The translations under genes and the position numbers were made by a program. A DNA stretch of 64,000 nucleotides. Source: Sedimentisphaeraceae bacterium JB056. Lineage in GTDB: Bacteria; Planctomycetota; Phycisphaerae; Sedimentisphaerales; Sedimentisphaeraceae. Of this stretch, positions 19,176 through 31,618 are shown in pieces; position 1 is the stretch's first letter, and each line of letters starts with the position of its first letter. The stretch covers positions 96,001-160,000 of the forward strand of contig JBITAJ010000012.1 of NCBI GenBank assembly GCA_044440125.1, given 5' to 3'. The notes beneath the pieces are model-generated. The model made no database searches. It was not told the origin of the DNA and was given only the letters and a program-made list of their open reading frames with translations.

Positions 19176-19946
19176 TTACGCATAGACCTCGGCTGTTATT
19201 TTGATCATTTCTGAGAAGCTCTCAACCTTGAGTCCGGCACCGCCTACAAGCAGGCCGTCAACGTCAGGGCAGCTCATGAGTTCTTTTGTGTTCTCAGGTT
19301 TTGCAGAACCACCGTACTGGATTACGATGCTGTCAGCTGTTTGCTGGTCATATATGTCAGCAAGGATGCCGCGAACGAACGCGTGTACTTCCTGTGCCTG
19401 CTGAGAAGTTGCAGTCTTACCTGTTCCAATTGCCCATACCGGCTCATAAGCAACAGTTACCTTCAAAGCGTCTTCCTTAGAGATGCCTTCGAAGCCTTTT
19501 CTTACCTGAGCTTCGCAAACGTCATTTGTTTTTCCAGACTCTCTCTCTTCGAGAAGTTCACCAATGCAGAATATAGGAAGAAGTCCTGCTTCAAGAGTTG
19601 CACGTGTCTTCTTGTTTATAAGCTCATCGCTTTCACCGATAACGTGTCTTCTTTCAGAGTGGCCTGTGATTACATACTGGCAGCATATGTCTTTGAGCAT
19701 ATCGCAGCTTATCTCACCTGTGAAAGCACCATTGCCTTCAAAGTAAACATCCTGAGAACCTACAGCAACATTACCTTCATGTGAAAGATTTGAAGCTACT
19801 GACTGAAGATAAACGAAAGGCGGGCAAACCGCTACGCTAACGTTGTCAATGCCGGCAATTGCTTTCTCAAGACCGGTTGCAAGCTCTACCGCGTATTTAC
19901 TGTCGGTATTCATCTTCCAGTTGGCTGCTATAAATGGTTTTCTCAT
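19176..19946 (-). CDS. tpiA: Triosephosphate isomerase
   Basis: ANWKMN, GHSERR, AYEPVWAIGTG, YGGS, LVGGA. Confidence 0.98.
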   Translation of the reverse strand: MRKPFIAANWKMNTDSKYAVELATGLEKAIAGIDNVSVAVCPPFVYLQSVASNLSHEGNVAVGSQDVYFEGNGAFTGEISCDMLKDICCQYVITGHSERRHVIGESDELINKKTRATLEAGLLPIFCIGELLEERESGKTNDVCEAQVRKGFEGISKEDALKVTVAYEPVWAIGTGKTATSQQAQEVHAFVRGILADIYDQQTADSIVIQYGGSAKPENTKELMSCPDVDGLLVGGAGLKVESFSEMIKITAEVYA

Positions 19947-19981
19947 AGTTATAAACTCCTGTGTAAGTCGTTAAAATTCAA

Positions 19982-21073
19982 TTATTTATTTTTCGTTTTA
20001 TCAAAGGACTGAAACTTGGGATAGCTTCCAAGTATCGAGACCTGAAGTGTTTTATCTCTAAGCTTTGCTACGGCTTTCTTGATAGATTCGTCGGTTCTAT
20101 GTCCTGCAAGTTCTACAAAGAAATGGTATTCCCATGTCCTTGTACTGTTTGGACGAGATTCTATTCTTGTGAGGTTTATATCATATTTGTCAAATATGCT
20201 TAGTACCTCAAACAGTGAACCTGGTTTATGAGCCGTTGTAAACATAAGCATTGTCTTGTCGTCACCGGTTCTTGGCGTATCCTTCTTTGACAGGATCAGG
20301 AAACGAGTGGTATTGCTTACATTATCTTCAATATTTTCACATATTATATTGAGGCCGTAAAGTTTTCCGGCCAGATTCGATCCGATAGCTGCGGCATTTG
20401 ATGAGCCGGAGGCCAACTGTGCAGCCTGCGCGGTACTTGCTTCAGCGATCGTTTTATCCTGATTGCCGGTTTCAGCCAGCCACTTACGGCACTGAGCAAA
20501 AACTTCCGGCTTGGAGTATATCTTTTCGATATCACCTAAACTGCAATTAGCAAGCAGGTTATGGTGTATGGCCATTTCCATTTCCGCACATATCATCAAT
20601 TTTGTGCCGATAAGGGCATCGAGTGTCTCAACTATTCCGCCGCCGGTGGAATTTTCGATTGGTACAACACCGAAATCGCACTGATCGCGAGCAACTTCAT
20701 CAAAGACGCCTTGAATGTCCGTTATCGGATTATATTCTACGCTTTGACCGAATTTCATCATCGCCGCCTGATGAGAATAACTGCCGCGAGGCCCTAAAAA
20801 TCCTATGCGGAGCGGGCGCTCAAGGAAGAATGAGCCGCTCATCAGTTCACGCCAAACGGAAAGCAATGTTTTGTCTGGCAGGGGGCCTTCGTTCAGGCCG
20901 CATATCTTTTCAAGTACCGCCTTTTCCCTGTCCGGGGCATATATAGGTGCAGCGCCTGTACGTTTCTTATATTTGCCGACTTCGACAACTACGCGCGCAC
21001 GCTCATTTAGCAACTTTACAAGTTGCTGGTCTATTGAATCTATCTGTTTTCGTAGTTCTTCTAAAGACGGCAT
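19982..21073 (-). CDS. pheA: Chorismate mutase/prephenate dehydratase
   Basis: LEELRKQID (CM), PIENS and NTTRF (PDT), ACT domain IESRP. Confidence 0.95.
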   Translation of the reverse strand: MPSLEELRKQIDSIDQQLVKLLNERARVVVEVGKYKKRTGAAPIYAPDREKAVLEKICGLNEGPLPDKTLLSVWRELMSGSFFLERPLRIGFLGPRGSYSHQAAMMKFGQSVEYNPITDIQGVFDEVARDQCDFGVVPIENSTGGGIVETLDALIGTKLMICAEMEMAIHHNLLANCSLGDIEKIYSKPEVFAQCRKWLAETGNQDKTIAEASTAQAAQLASGSSNAAAIGSNLAGKLYGLNIICENIEDNVSNTTRFLILSKKDTPRTGDDKTMLMFTTAHKPGSLFEVLSIFDKYDINLTRIESRPNSTRTWEYHFFVELAGHRTDESIKKAVAKLRDKTLQVSILGSYPKFQSFDKTKNK

Positions 21074-21135
21074 TTTTATAAAATCTCAATTTTAAAATAA
21101 CTTATTCGGGCGGAAATGAAAACAAATCCCCCGCA

Positions 21136-21182
21136 CCACTACATATAGTGGTTAGTTAGAAAATTTATACTAATTATAGCAT
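21136..21182. promoter_or_regulatory. Tandem NrdR-box-like sites
   Basis: CCACTACATATAGTGG (21136-21151) and ATACTAATTATAGCAT (21167-21182), 31 bp period. Confidence 0.6.
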
Positions 21183-21461
21183 CAAAGGCAAAGTCGCGCG
21201 CAACTTACCCTTGAAAATCAGCTATTTATAACAAAAACAGGGTGTTAGGTCAATAAAATAAACGTTCAAATCATTTATTTACTCGCCAATCATCTTTAAT
21301 TTTAATTTTTGTCTTATCACGGCAGGCTCCGGTAAGCTTGTTTCGGCCGATGGTTCTATGACAAATATATTGCAAGGCTGACTGAAAGCTGGTAATATTA
21401 TCAATGGCAGAGGGATGATTTTCGGTTGTGAGTATTAAATTATATTAAGGCAAAGGGTGTT

Positions 21462-21899
21462 ATGGATAACGATGGTTCTAAAGATCTTGAGTTGCTTTCC
21501 ATCTTTCATTATATACTGGGCGGCTTTATCGCATTGTGTTCATTTTTTCCACTTATCCACCTTTTTATAGGACTAATGCTGCTTCGAGGAGATTTTGCCG
21601 AAGCAGAGGGGGATATGCCGCCGGCTTTTATCGGCTGGTTTTTCGTGGCAATGGCGGTTTTATTGATAACAAGCGGTCTTTTGTTGGCTCTTTGTATAAT
21701 AATAACGGGCAGCAAACTGAAAAAAAGAAGAAGCTGGCTGTTCTGCATTATAATAGCAGCAATAGAATGCTCAATTATTCCTTTCGGAATAATTGTCGGT
21801 GTTTTTACCATAGTGGTACTCAACAGAGATTATGTAAAAGCGAGTTTTTATTCTCGCAGCGATCCATCTTTAAATGGTGAAGATCTGCAAGGGGGCTGA
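21462..21899 (+). CDS. Hypothetical membrane protein (3-4 TM)
   Basis: Hydrophobic 145 aa ORF. Confidence 0.75.
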   Translation: MDNDGSKDLELLSIFHYILGGFIALCSFFPLIHLFIGLMLLRGDFAEAEGDMPPAFIGWFFVAMAVLLITSGLLLALCIIITGSKLKKRRSWLFCIIIAAIECSIIPFGIIVGVFTIVVLNRDYVKASFYSRSDPSLNGEDLQGG

Positions 21900-22021
21900 T
21901 ATTTACCAGTTGTAAACATAAATACCTGTAAATAAATGATATAAAAAGGTCTGTCTCCCCTTGATTCTCTATTATTTCTACAAAAACTTGTTTTTGTCGA
22001 TTTGGAAGGTATATTATTCTT

Positions 22022-22432
22022 ATGGATATTCACCTAATGAAAAAGAAACTTACGGATGCGGCGATTTTACGGCTGGTTGGGATTTTTTATCTTGTGGGTC
22101 TGCCGTTCAATTTTATATGTTTGGCAAAGCATTTCTGCATGGCGGGGCATTTTCAGCATCCGCCTTATTCTGTGTGGAGTTATGTGAACGATATCTTCTG
22201 GACGACAATGTTTGCCCTATGTACAGTTATATCTTTATGGGCCGTTCTTCGAGGGGCAAGATGGCTGGGAGCGATGTGTTTTGTTTGTATACTTTTGCGA
22301 TTTTATGCGAGAGGCGAAGAGTTATTGCTTCCTGCAGTGATATATTTTGTCTGGATGTCGTTTAAGTATGTATTTGTGCCTCAAAAGGTTTTGGCTAAAA
22401 AGAAGTCGAAGAGTGAGAAGTGCGTTAAGTGA
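22022..22432 (+). CDS. Hypothetical membrane protein
   Basis: About 4 hydrophobic segments, basic tail. Confidence 0.55.
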   Translation: MDIHLMKKKLTDAAILRLVGIFYLVGLPFNFICLAKHFCMAGHFQHPPYSVWSYVNDIFWTTMFALCTVISLWAVLRGARWLGAMCFVCILLRFYARGEELLLPAVIYFVWMSFKYVFVPQKVLAKKKSKSEKCVK

Positions 22433-22542
22433 AACTTTGAGAGTTAAAATTCTCGGTTTTGGCTAAAATGTCCATTTATAACTTATTTATAACAAACGTT
22501 AAGTCTCCGAGTATCTGGCTTTCATAGTTTCTTAATTATACT

Positions 22543-23256
22543 ATGATTGTTAAACTTAAAAAATTCAAGAATTTGAAGAAAACTCAATATGGTTGGTCTC
22601 TGTCTAAAAAACCTGATAGGTTACATTATGTGCTTGGTATATCAGATGATAGTTATCGGATAATTAATGATATGCGAGAACCGATTATTTATCCAATGCG
22701 GATGTTCGATATAGTTGACAATACTATACCGAAAAATTGGAAAAGAAGATATGGTGAAGACAAAGAGCTTTATACGGCTCCTCCTATTTTGGAACAACCA
22801 GGGTTTTATGAGGATTACTTTGATGATATATTAAAGGTTCGTAGGCAGTTCTGGGATTATTTTGATTCAAATGTTCCTCGCAATTTTTATTGTGACAAGA
22901 GTCATGTAAAACCTGGAGCAGTAACTGTAATGCTAAAAAGCAGCTGTGAGATAAAATTCCTGTCTCATAATAGATTATATTATATACTTGGTATCGAAAA
23001 TGATGAATATAGAATAATTAGTGACTTAAGAGACCCTGTCCTTGTAGATATGAATTGTTTTGATATTATTGACAATGAAATTCAAAAAGATTGGGTAACA
23101 GTATTTTATACAAAAAAAACTTGCACATATCCAAAATGTATAATTGAAGAAAAGACTATTGAGAACTATAATCATCTGATGCAATCACTTGAAAATTTTT
23201 GGAACTATATTGATTCAAATCCTAAGATACCATTTTGGGGATTTGTAGATATATAA
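22543..23256 (+). CDS. Hypothetical protein with internal tandem domain duplication
   Basis: Y.LGI..D.YRII.D.R.P....M..FDI.DN.I.K.W occurs twice; AT-rich. Confidence 0.7.
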   Translation: MIVKLKKFKNLKKTQYGWSLSKKPDRLHYVLGISDDSYRIINDMREPIIYPMRMFDIVDNTIPKNWKRRYGEDKELYTAPPILEQPGFYEDYFDDILKVRRQFWDYFDSNVPRNFYCDKSHVKPGAVTVMLKSSCEIKFLSHNRLYYILGIENDEYRIISDLRDPVLVDMNCFDIIDNEIQKDWVTVFYTKKTCTYPKCIIEEKTIENYNHLMQSLENFWNYIDSNPKIPFWGFVDI

Positions 23257-23841
23257 CTATGGACCCAATTAAGGGGTCGAGTTTCTTTTTTTGCTCTTTA
23301 GCATCTTTATTTACAATTACTTATGACTATACCATCTGTATATTAATCAAACTCATAAAACCGGCATAAGTGGCATTTTCATAATCACCATAAACTATTA
23401 TATTATCCGATGCATGGTCGTGCAAGTTGGAAATATTTATATTTGCAAAGCAGATTAAAGCAGCGGCATTCTCTTGCGATACTTTCGGCGGCAACCGTCA
23501 GTATTGCAAGCGGAAGAGAGCCGGTTCTATCCTGTAAATCCTGTCATCTCGTCTGAAAATGAATTCCAAAGCGGCATTGCGCTGTCGCTTCCTGCCGCAG
23601 TCCAAGCCCGTTCCCTGCCGGTCGCGATACTGTTTAACTTTGGAGCTATAGAATTCAGATGCGATTGCTCCGTAACAATCACATAAAATCTTGACTTTTC
23701 GGGCCTGTATTTATGATTATCCTTTGCAAATTGTGCGTGTTTCTGGTAAATTAACCTAATTCGTATATAAGGGGGCATTGCCGCCTTGATTTTTTAGATT
23801 TTAAAGGATTTTTAGTAATAATTGGACAGTTGAGGTCTTGA

Positions 23842-24945
23842 ATGAAGATAAGATTTAACCGTGTATCACTTCAGGAAGCATTGGGCTTTGTAGCGAGTAT
23901 TGTGCCTTCAAAGTCTCCTAAGCCTATATTGCAATGTGTTAAGATCACTGCTGATGAAAACGGCGTACGTTTAAGCAGTACCGATCTTGAGGTAGGCATA
24001 AATTTCCGCATAGTTCAAGCGGAGGTTGACCGCGGCGGGGCCATTGTAATTCCTGCGGCTAAGGTTAATGCCATTGTTCGTGAGAGCATTGACGATGTTC
24101 TTGAATTTGAAGCGGATGAGTCCGAAGTCCATATTCGCGGTAATGACAGCCATTTCAGTATTTACAGTCATATGCCTGAGCAGTATCCGGAAGTAGTGTG
24201 CGAGGATGTTGAATCTGATATAGGTATTCCGCTTGGCTTGCTTCAGGAAGGTGTTGAGCAGACGCTGTTTGCTGCGGCAAAAGAATGCTCCAAGTATGCT
24301 TTTAACGGTGTATTATGGGAAATAGATGAGAACTACCTGAATCTTGTCGGAACCGACGGCAGACGTCTTGTCCGCAAGATGGTTAGTCTTGACGCACCGA
24401 TGCCCGATAACTTCATCGGCAAAAGAGTTATTGTTCCAACTAAAACAATGACGCTTATCGATCGTATAGGTGAAGGGCCTAAAGAAGATGTAGGTGTACG
24501 CTTCTTTGATAATCACATTGTTTTGAGTTGCGGTGATGTACTTATACACTCTAACTTGATTGACGGGGTATTCCCAAGATATCAGGATATTATACCTGAG
24601 AACAATGAAAAGAAGATAATGATCAATACTGATGCGATGCTCAGTGCGGTAAGGCGTTCTTCATTGCTTGTAAGTGAGGATAGTAAGAGCATCAAAGTTG
24701 CTATTGGTAAAGGAGTTATGGTGTTCTCAGGACGTGCTCCTGAGACAGGTGATGCCCAGGTTGATATGGCAATCGAATATGATGGCCCTTCTATTGACAT
24801 CGGTTTTGATCCAAGCTATCTTATTGAAGGCCTTAAGGTCATCAAGGAAGACCAGATATGCTTTGAAGTATGCGATGGTGAGAGACCGGTTTTGATACGC
24901 GGCGGTGAGAGTTTCATGTATCTCATTATGCCGATCGAGTATTAA
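23842..24945 (+). CDS. dnaN: DNA polymerase III beta sliding clamp
   Basis: STDLEVG, GTDGRRL, LIDG.FPRYQDIIP, YLIMP. Confidence 0.96.
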   Translation: MKIRFNRVSLQEALGFVASIVPSKSPKPILQCVKITADENGVRLSSTDLEVGINFRIVQAEVDRGGAIVIPAAKVNAIVRESIDDVLEFEADESEVHIRGNDSHFSIYSHMPEQYPEVVCEDVESDIGIPLGLLQEGVEQTLFAAAKECSKYAFNGVLWEIDENYLNLVGTDGRRLVRKMVSLDAPMPDNFIGKRVIVPTKTMTLIDRIGEGPKEDVGVRFFDNHIVLSCGDVLIHSNLIDGVFPRYQDIIPENNEKKIMINTDAMLSAVRRSSLLVSEDSKSIKVAIGKGVMVFSGRAPETGDAQVDMAIEYDGPSIDIGFDPSYLIEGLKVIKEDQICFEVCDGERPVLIRGGESFMYLIMPIEY

Positions 24946-24981
24946 GAGCTTAACGTCGTTATATTGTGATGATCGGATCTT

Positions 24982-25329
24982 ATGAGTATAGAAAGCGATC
25001 AGGATCGATTACTTAAGCTTGCGACACATTGGAAAACCCGTAGGCCTTACCGTTTTACGAGTGTCGGCGATGTACTTGGCAATTATGTACGCAGGAATGT
25101 TAAAGCTCCTAAAAGGCGGAGTCCTGTGGTTGATGCCTGGAATAAAGTTGTGCCGCCAATGTTTGATGAATTTTGCCGCATAGAGAGTTTCCAAAACGGC
25201 ATACTGAAAGTTGCCGTTTCTGATGCGACTTATCGTTTTCAGATGGAAATGCTTAAGGCGGAACTGATAGAATCCATAGAAGCCGAGATCAAGGGAAGAA
25301 TCAGGCTTCGGGATATTAAATTCGTATAA
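24982..25329 (+). CDS. DUF721/DciA-family protein
   Basis: Located between dnaN and gyrB; W..VV...C.......G.L.VAV....F pattern, ends IKF. Confidence 0.7.
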   Translation: MSIESDQDRLLKLATHWKTRRPYRFTSVGDVLGNYVRRNVKAPKRRSPVVDAWNKVVPPMFDEFCRIESFQNGILKVAVSDATYRFQMEMLKAELIESIEAEIKGRIRLRDIKFV

Positions 25330-25411
25330 AGAATTTAATGATAGTTACTTATATATTAAAAAGACTAAAGATTATTTTGAAAATACCGGTTTGACCGGAA
25401 CAGGAAATTAA

Positions 25412-27877
<2,466 letters not shown>

Positions 27878-27987
27878 TAACGACATCATGGTCTGGTTTC
27901 AGGATTTTATGGATAGACAAAAAAGTATATGGATGTACACAGCTTCGGCTGAATTAAATTAAGAATAACTCTGTAATGGAGGAAACA

Positions 27988-28689
27988 ATGAAAAAAATAT
28001 CTTGCATAATAACTTTGGCTTTGATTGTTACGATGATAGGTGGGTGTTCATTATTTAAGAAAGATGAAGACAAAGTTTTGAATCAAAAGCTTGAAAAGAC
28101 ACCTGAACAGCAGAGACTTTCCAAAATTGAGAGTCGATTGGCGAACAATTTTGAAGATTCTGATGCTCATTACCAGCTTGGTAAGATATATACATTTGAC
28201 AGGCTTTACTCCAAAGCTGAGTATGAATTCAGTCTTGCTATAGGTTTTGACCCGCTGAACAGGGATGCTCAGGCGGCTCATGTGAAAATTTACAAGCTTA
28301 TGGGTAATGAGCAGAAATCTTCACAGCTTGCCGAAATATATATGAGGCAGGTAAATTCAAGGGCAGAAGATGCTCTTTTGCTTGGAAGAGGTTTCCAGAA
28401 TGAAGGGCTTGACGATTACGCTATTGCCTGTTACGAGAAGGCATTGACTCTTGCTCCGAATTCTGCAGTACTAAATAAGCAGATTGGTTATTACTACCTT
28501 AATAAAGGTGATAAAACAAGGGCTGAAAGTTATCTTACAAGAAGTATTCAGCTGGACCCATATCAAGCGGATGTTGCCGGTGAACTTGGCAAGATGGGTG
28601 TAAAGGTTGAGGTTCCTCGTAAGCAAAGCAGCGGACTTTCTCTTGATAATCTGTTTAAGAAAAAAGAGAAAGAGGCTGAAGCGAAATAG
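27988..28689 (+). CDS. TPR-repeat lipoprotein
   Basis: MKK...IGGC lipobox-like sequence, TPR-like helices; GGAGG RBS. Confidence 0.75.
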   Translation: MKKISCIITLALIVTMIGGCSLFKKDEDKVLNQKLEKTPEQQRLSKIESRLANNFEDSDAHYQLGKIYTFDRLYSKAEYEFSLAIGFDPLNRDAQAAHVKIYKLMGNEQKSSQLAEIYMRQVNSRAEDALLLGRGFQNEGLDDYAIACYEKALTLAPNSAVLNKQIGYYYLNKGDKTRAESYLTRSIQLDPYQADVAGELGKMGVKVEVPRKQSSGLSLDNLFKKKEKEAEAK

Positions 28690-28844
28690 TTTTTTTGTGT
28701 TGGTATTATCCGATATTGATCGTTGCAGGGTGGCTTTATTAGTCACCCTTAATTACGAAAGGGCAGGAAGCCCATGATCGTTGCCGCTGTTTCCAACTGA
28801 TATAAAAATTGAAGACAGGCATCGGATTATTAAAAGGGATTGCT

Positions 28845-31415
28845 ATGAAAAGCAGAGATCTGGCGCGAGTAGGTATTGACCTTATATTTTTAGCGATTTG
28901 CGTTTTTCTTTTTATAAGCTGCGCAAGTTTCGACATAGCAGATGCGCCAAGCAGGTATGTTTTCCCGAATAATCAGCCGCCAGTTAATGTTTTTGGCAAG
29001 GTCGGTGCTTTCTGTGCTTACTACTGCCTTTATTATCTTGGTCCTGGTATTTATATAGTTCTTGCTTCTCTCAGTATTTTCCTTTTCACGAACCTTATCG
29101 GTAAAAAGACAAATCAGATTGTACTGCGTTTTATCGGTATGCTGTTGCTTGCGATAGTGGTATCGTGTTCGGCTTATTTATTATGCAGATTCGGGTCCAA
29201 TTCCTTTCCGATGGGTAATGGCGGAATACTTGGTATAGGCGGTTCTTATTTTCTGCTCCGTGACTTTGGTATTCTCGGCAGAGCATTGATACTGGTAGGC
29301 GCGGCAATTGTTGGGGCTGTTCTTCTTGCTGACACACTTGTAATAGCATTGCTCAGAGCTCTTGGCGGATTTTTCTATAAGCTTATGTTTGGAGCAAAGC
29401 CTGCCGCCGAGGCGGTTAAAATCGTAGCGGAAGAGAAAAAAGAGGTAACCAGAAGCTGGATAAGCAAGATATTCAAATCGTCACCTAAAGAGGATAAAAA
29501 AGCTGCTACTAAAGGCGGTGAAACTTATGATGCTATAGAAGTTGAGTCCGAAGATGAAGAAAAGGCCCAGCGCAAAAAGTTTACTATCAGTTCTAAAAAA
29601 CAAAAACTTGAGCCGGTACAGCTTCATCCTGATATAGATCCTGTTGATGCTATACAAAGCATACCTGATGAAGATGCTCCGGGCGTTATAAGTGTTGAAG
29701 AGAAAAATAAAGAAATTGAAGATATCAAGGACCCCGATGTTTCTAAGAAATCGTCAGGAACCGAAGATGAATCTCAGCAGGAATCGGAGACACCTAAGCG
29801 AGCTCCTGTAAAGGTGACAAAAAGGAAACAGCCCAAGCCGAAGAAATATGTCCAGCCTACATACGATGATTACAAACTTCCGCCTTTGAAACTTCTCGAT
29901 GATCCTGTTGGCAATTATGCCAAGGTTCAGGAAGAAATGGTTCGTGATAAGGCCAAGGTACTTCAGCAGACGCTGGATGATTTCAAGGTCAATGCCACTG
30001 TCATCAATGCTGAACCGGGGCCTGCGATTACTATGTATGAGATTGAGCTTGCCGCCGGTATCAAGGTCAGTCAGATAAATGGACTTGCCAATGATATCGC
30101 CCGTTCGATGGCAGTTTCGGTTGTGCGTGTTGTTGCTCCGATACCGGGACGTGATACGATTGGTATCGAAGTTCCCAACAGTGAGAGAGAGATTGTACGT
30201 ATCAAGGATCTGATAAATCGTGCGGGAAGCCTGCCGGGTAAGATGCGTATTCCTATATTCCTCGGGAAGGATTCCTCGGGTTCGGCTCTTGTTGCCGATC
30301 TTGCGGCGATGCCTCACGGCCTTATTGCAGGTACTACAGGTTCAGGTAAGAGTGTCTGCATTAATACTATCATTACAAGCATTATGCTGACCCGCCGCCC
30401 TGACGAAGTTAAGCTTGTACTGATTGATCCGAAGCAGGTTGAGATGGCGCCTTATGAGAATATTCCTCATCTGATGTGCCCGATTGTTACGGAAATGACA
30501 AAGGCGGCCAAGATACTTGAGTGGGCCGTGAATAAAATGGATGAGCGTTACATTCTGCTTAAGGAAGCGGGCGTTCGCCAGATAAGTGAGTTCAACAAGC
30601 TGACGACTGAGCAGCTTTACAAGAGATTCGGCGCGGTAACTCCTGAGGAGCAGCTCCGCGTTCCAAAGAAGATGCCGAGCATTGTTATTATCGTTGATGA
30701 GCTTTCCGATCTTATGATGACGGCGGCCAAGGAAGTAGAGGCGTATATCGTCCGTATTGCTCAGAAGAGTCGTGCGGTTGGAATACACGTAATCCTTGCT
30801 ACTCAGAGACCACAGGCTACAGTTGTTACCGGTCTTATCAAATCCAATCTTCCTGCAAGAATAAGTTTCCAGGTTGCTTCGAGGATGGACAGTCGTATTA
30901 TTCTTGATAAGACGGGCGCTGAAACTCTGCTTGGAAAAGGTGATATGCTCTATCTCAAACCGGGAACCAGTGAACTTGTAAGGGCGCAAGGTGCTTATCT
31001 TGATGATGAAGAGATAAATGGCGTTGTGGATTATCTGAAGAACACGGCTCAGCCTGATTATCATCCAGAACTCATGCAGATGAACAGTGTCAGTACCGAT
31101 GGATTTGAGGAAGATGAATTATTTGATGAAGCGGTTAGGATTGTGCTTGATACCAGACGCGGATCTGTTTCACTGCTCCAGAGGAAGCTTGCGATTGGTT
31201 ACGGCAGGGCTTCGAGAATGATTGAGATGATGGAGCAGGCCGGAATAATAGGTGAGCATAAGAATGCTCAGGCGAGGGAAGTCTTGCTTACGCTTGATGA
31301 GTGGGATGCGCTTCGAAACGGTGATGAGCAAGGTCAGTCGGGAGGCTATGAAGAGGATTTTGACTATGGTGATGATTATGATTCACCGATAGAAGAGATA
31401 CCTGATCGAGATTGA
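28845..31415 (+). CDS. ftsK: DNA translocase FtsK
   Basis: N-terminal TM domain, linker, IAGTTGSGKS, IIVDE, ATQRP, C-terminal gamma domain. Confidence 0.96.
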   Translation: MKSRDLARVGIDLIFLAICVFLFISCASFDIADAPSRYVFPNNQPPVNVFGKVGAFCAYYCLYYLGPGIYIVLASLSIFLFTNLIGKKTNQIVLRFIGMLLLAIVVSCSAYLLCRFGSNSFPMGNGGILGIGGSYFLLRDFGILGRALILVGAAIVGAVLLADTLVIALLRALGGFFYKLMFGAKPAAEAVKIVAEEKKEVTRSWISKIFKSSPKEDKKAATKGGETYDAIEVESEDEEKAQRKKFTISSKKQKLEPVQLHPDIDPVDAIQSIPDEDAPGVISVEEKNKEIEDIKDPDVSKKSSGTEDESQQESETPKRAPVKVTKRKQPKPKKYVQPTYDDYKLPPLKLLDDPVGNYAKVQEEMVRDKAKVLQQTLDDFKVNATVINAEPGPAITMYEIELAAGIKVSQINGLANDIARSMAVSVVRVVAPIPGRDTIGIEVPNSEREIVRIKDLINRAGSLPGKMRIPIFLGKDSSGSALVADLAAMPHGLIAGTTGSGKSVCINTIITSIMLTRRPDEVKLVLIDPKQVEMAPYENIPHLMCPIVTEMTKAAKILEWAVNKMDERYILLKEAGVRQISEFNKLTTEQLYKRFGAVTPEEQLRVPKKMPSIVIIVDELSDLMMTAAKEVEAYIVRIAQKSRAVGIHVILATQRPQATVVTGLIKSNLPARISFQVASRMDSRIILDKTGAETLLGKGDMLYLKPGTSELVRAQGAYLDDEEINGVVDYLKNTAQPDYHPELMQMNSVSTDGFEEDELFDEAVRIVLDTRRGSVSLLQRKLAIGYGRASRMIEMMEQAGIIGEHKNAQAREVLLTLDEWDALRNGDEQGQSGGYEEDFDYGDDYDSPIEEIPDRD

Positions 31416-31618
31416 TGAGGTATTTCTCTTTTAAGGATTCGGCAGTGCGGAAGTTATTTGATTTTGTAATTCTTTGTAAGCGTTCATTCTGCTGCTTAGA
31501 ATTCTACTCTAACACACTGTGATTGCTGTTTGCCAAAAAACAAACGGCATTTAATGTATAAAGCAGTAGTGTTTTTGGTAAACGTGTGAACGGTTACAAT
31601 TCTTTTGGAATTAGAAAA

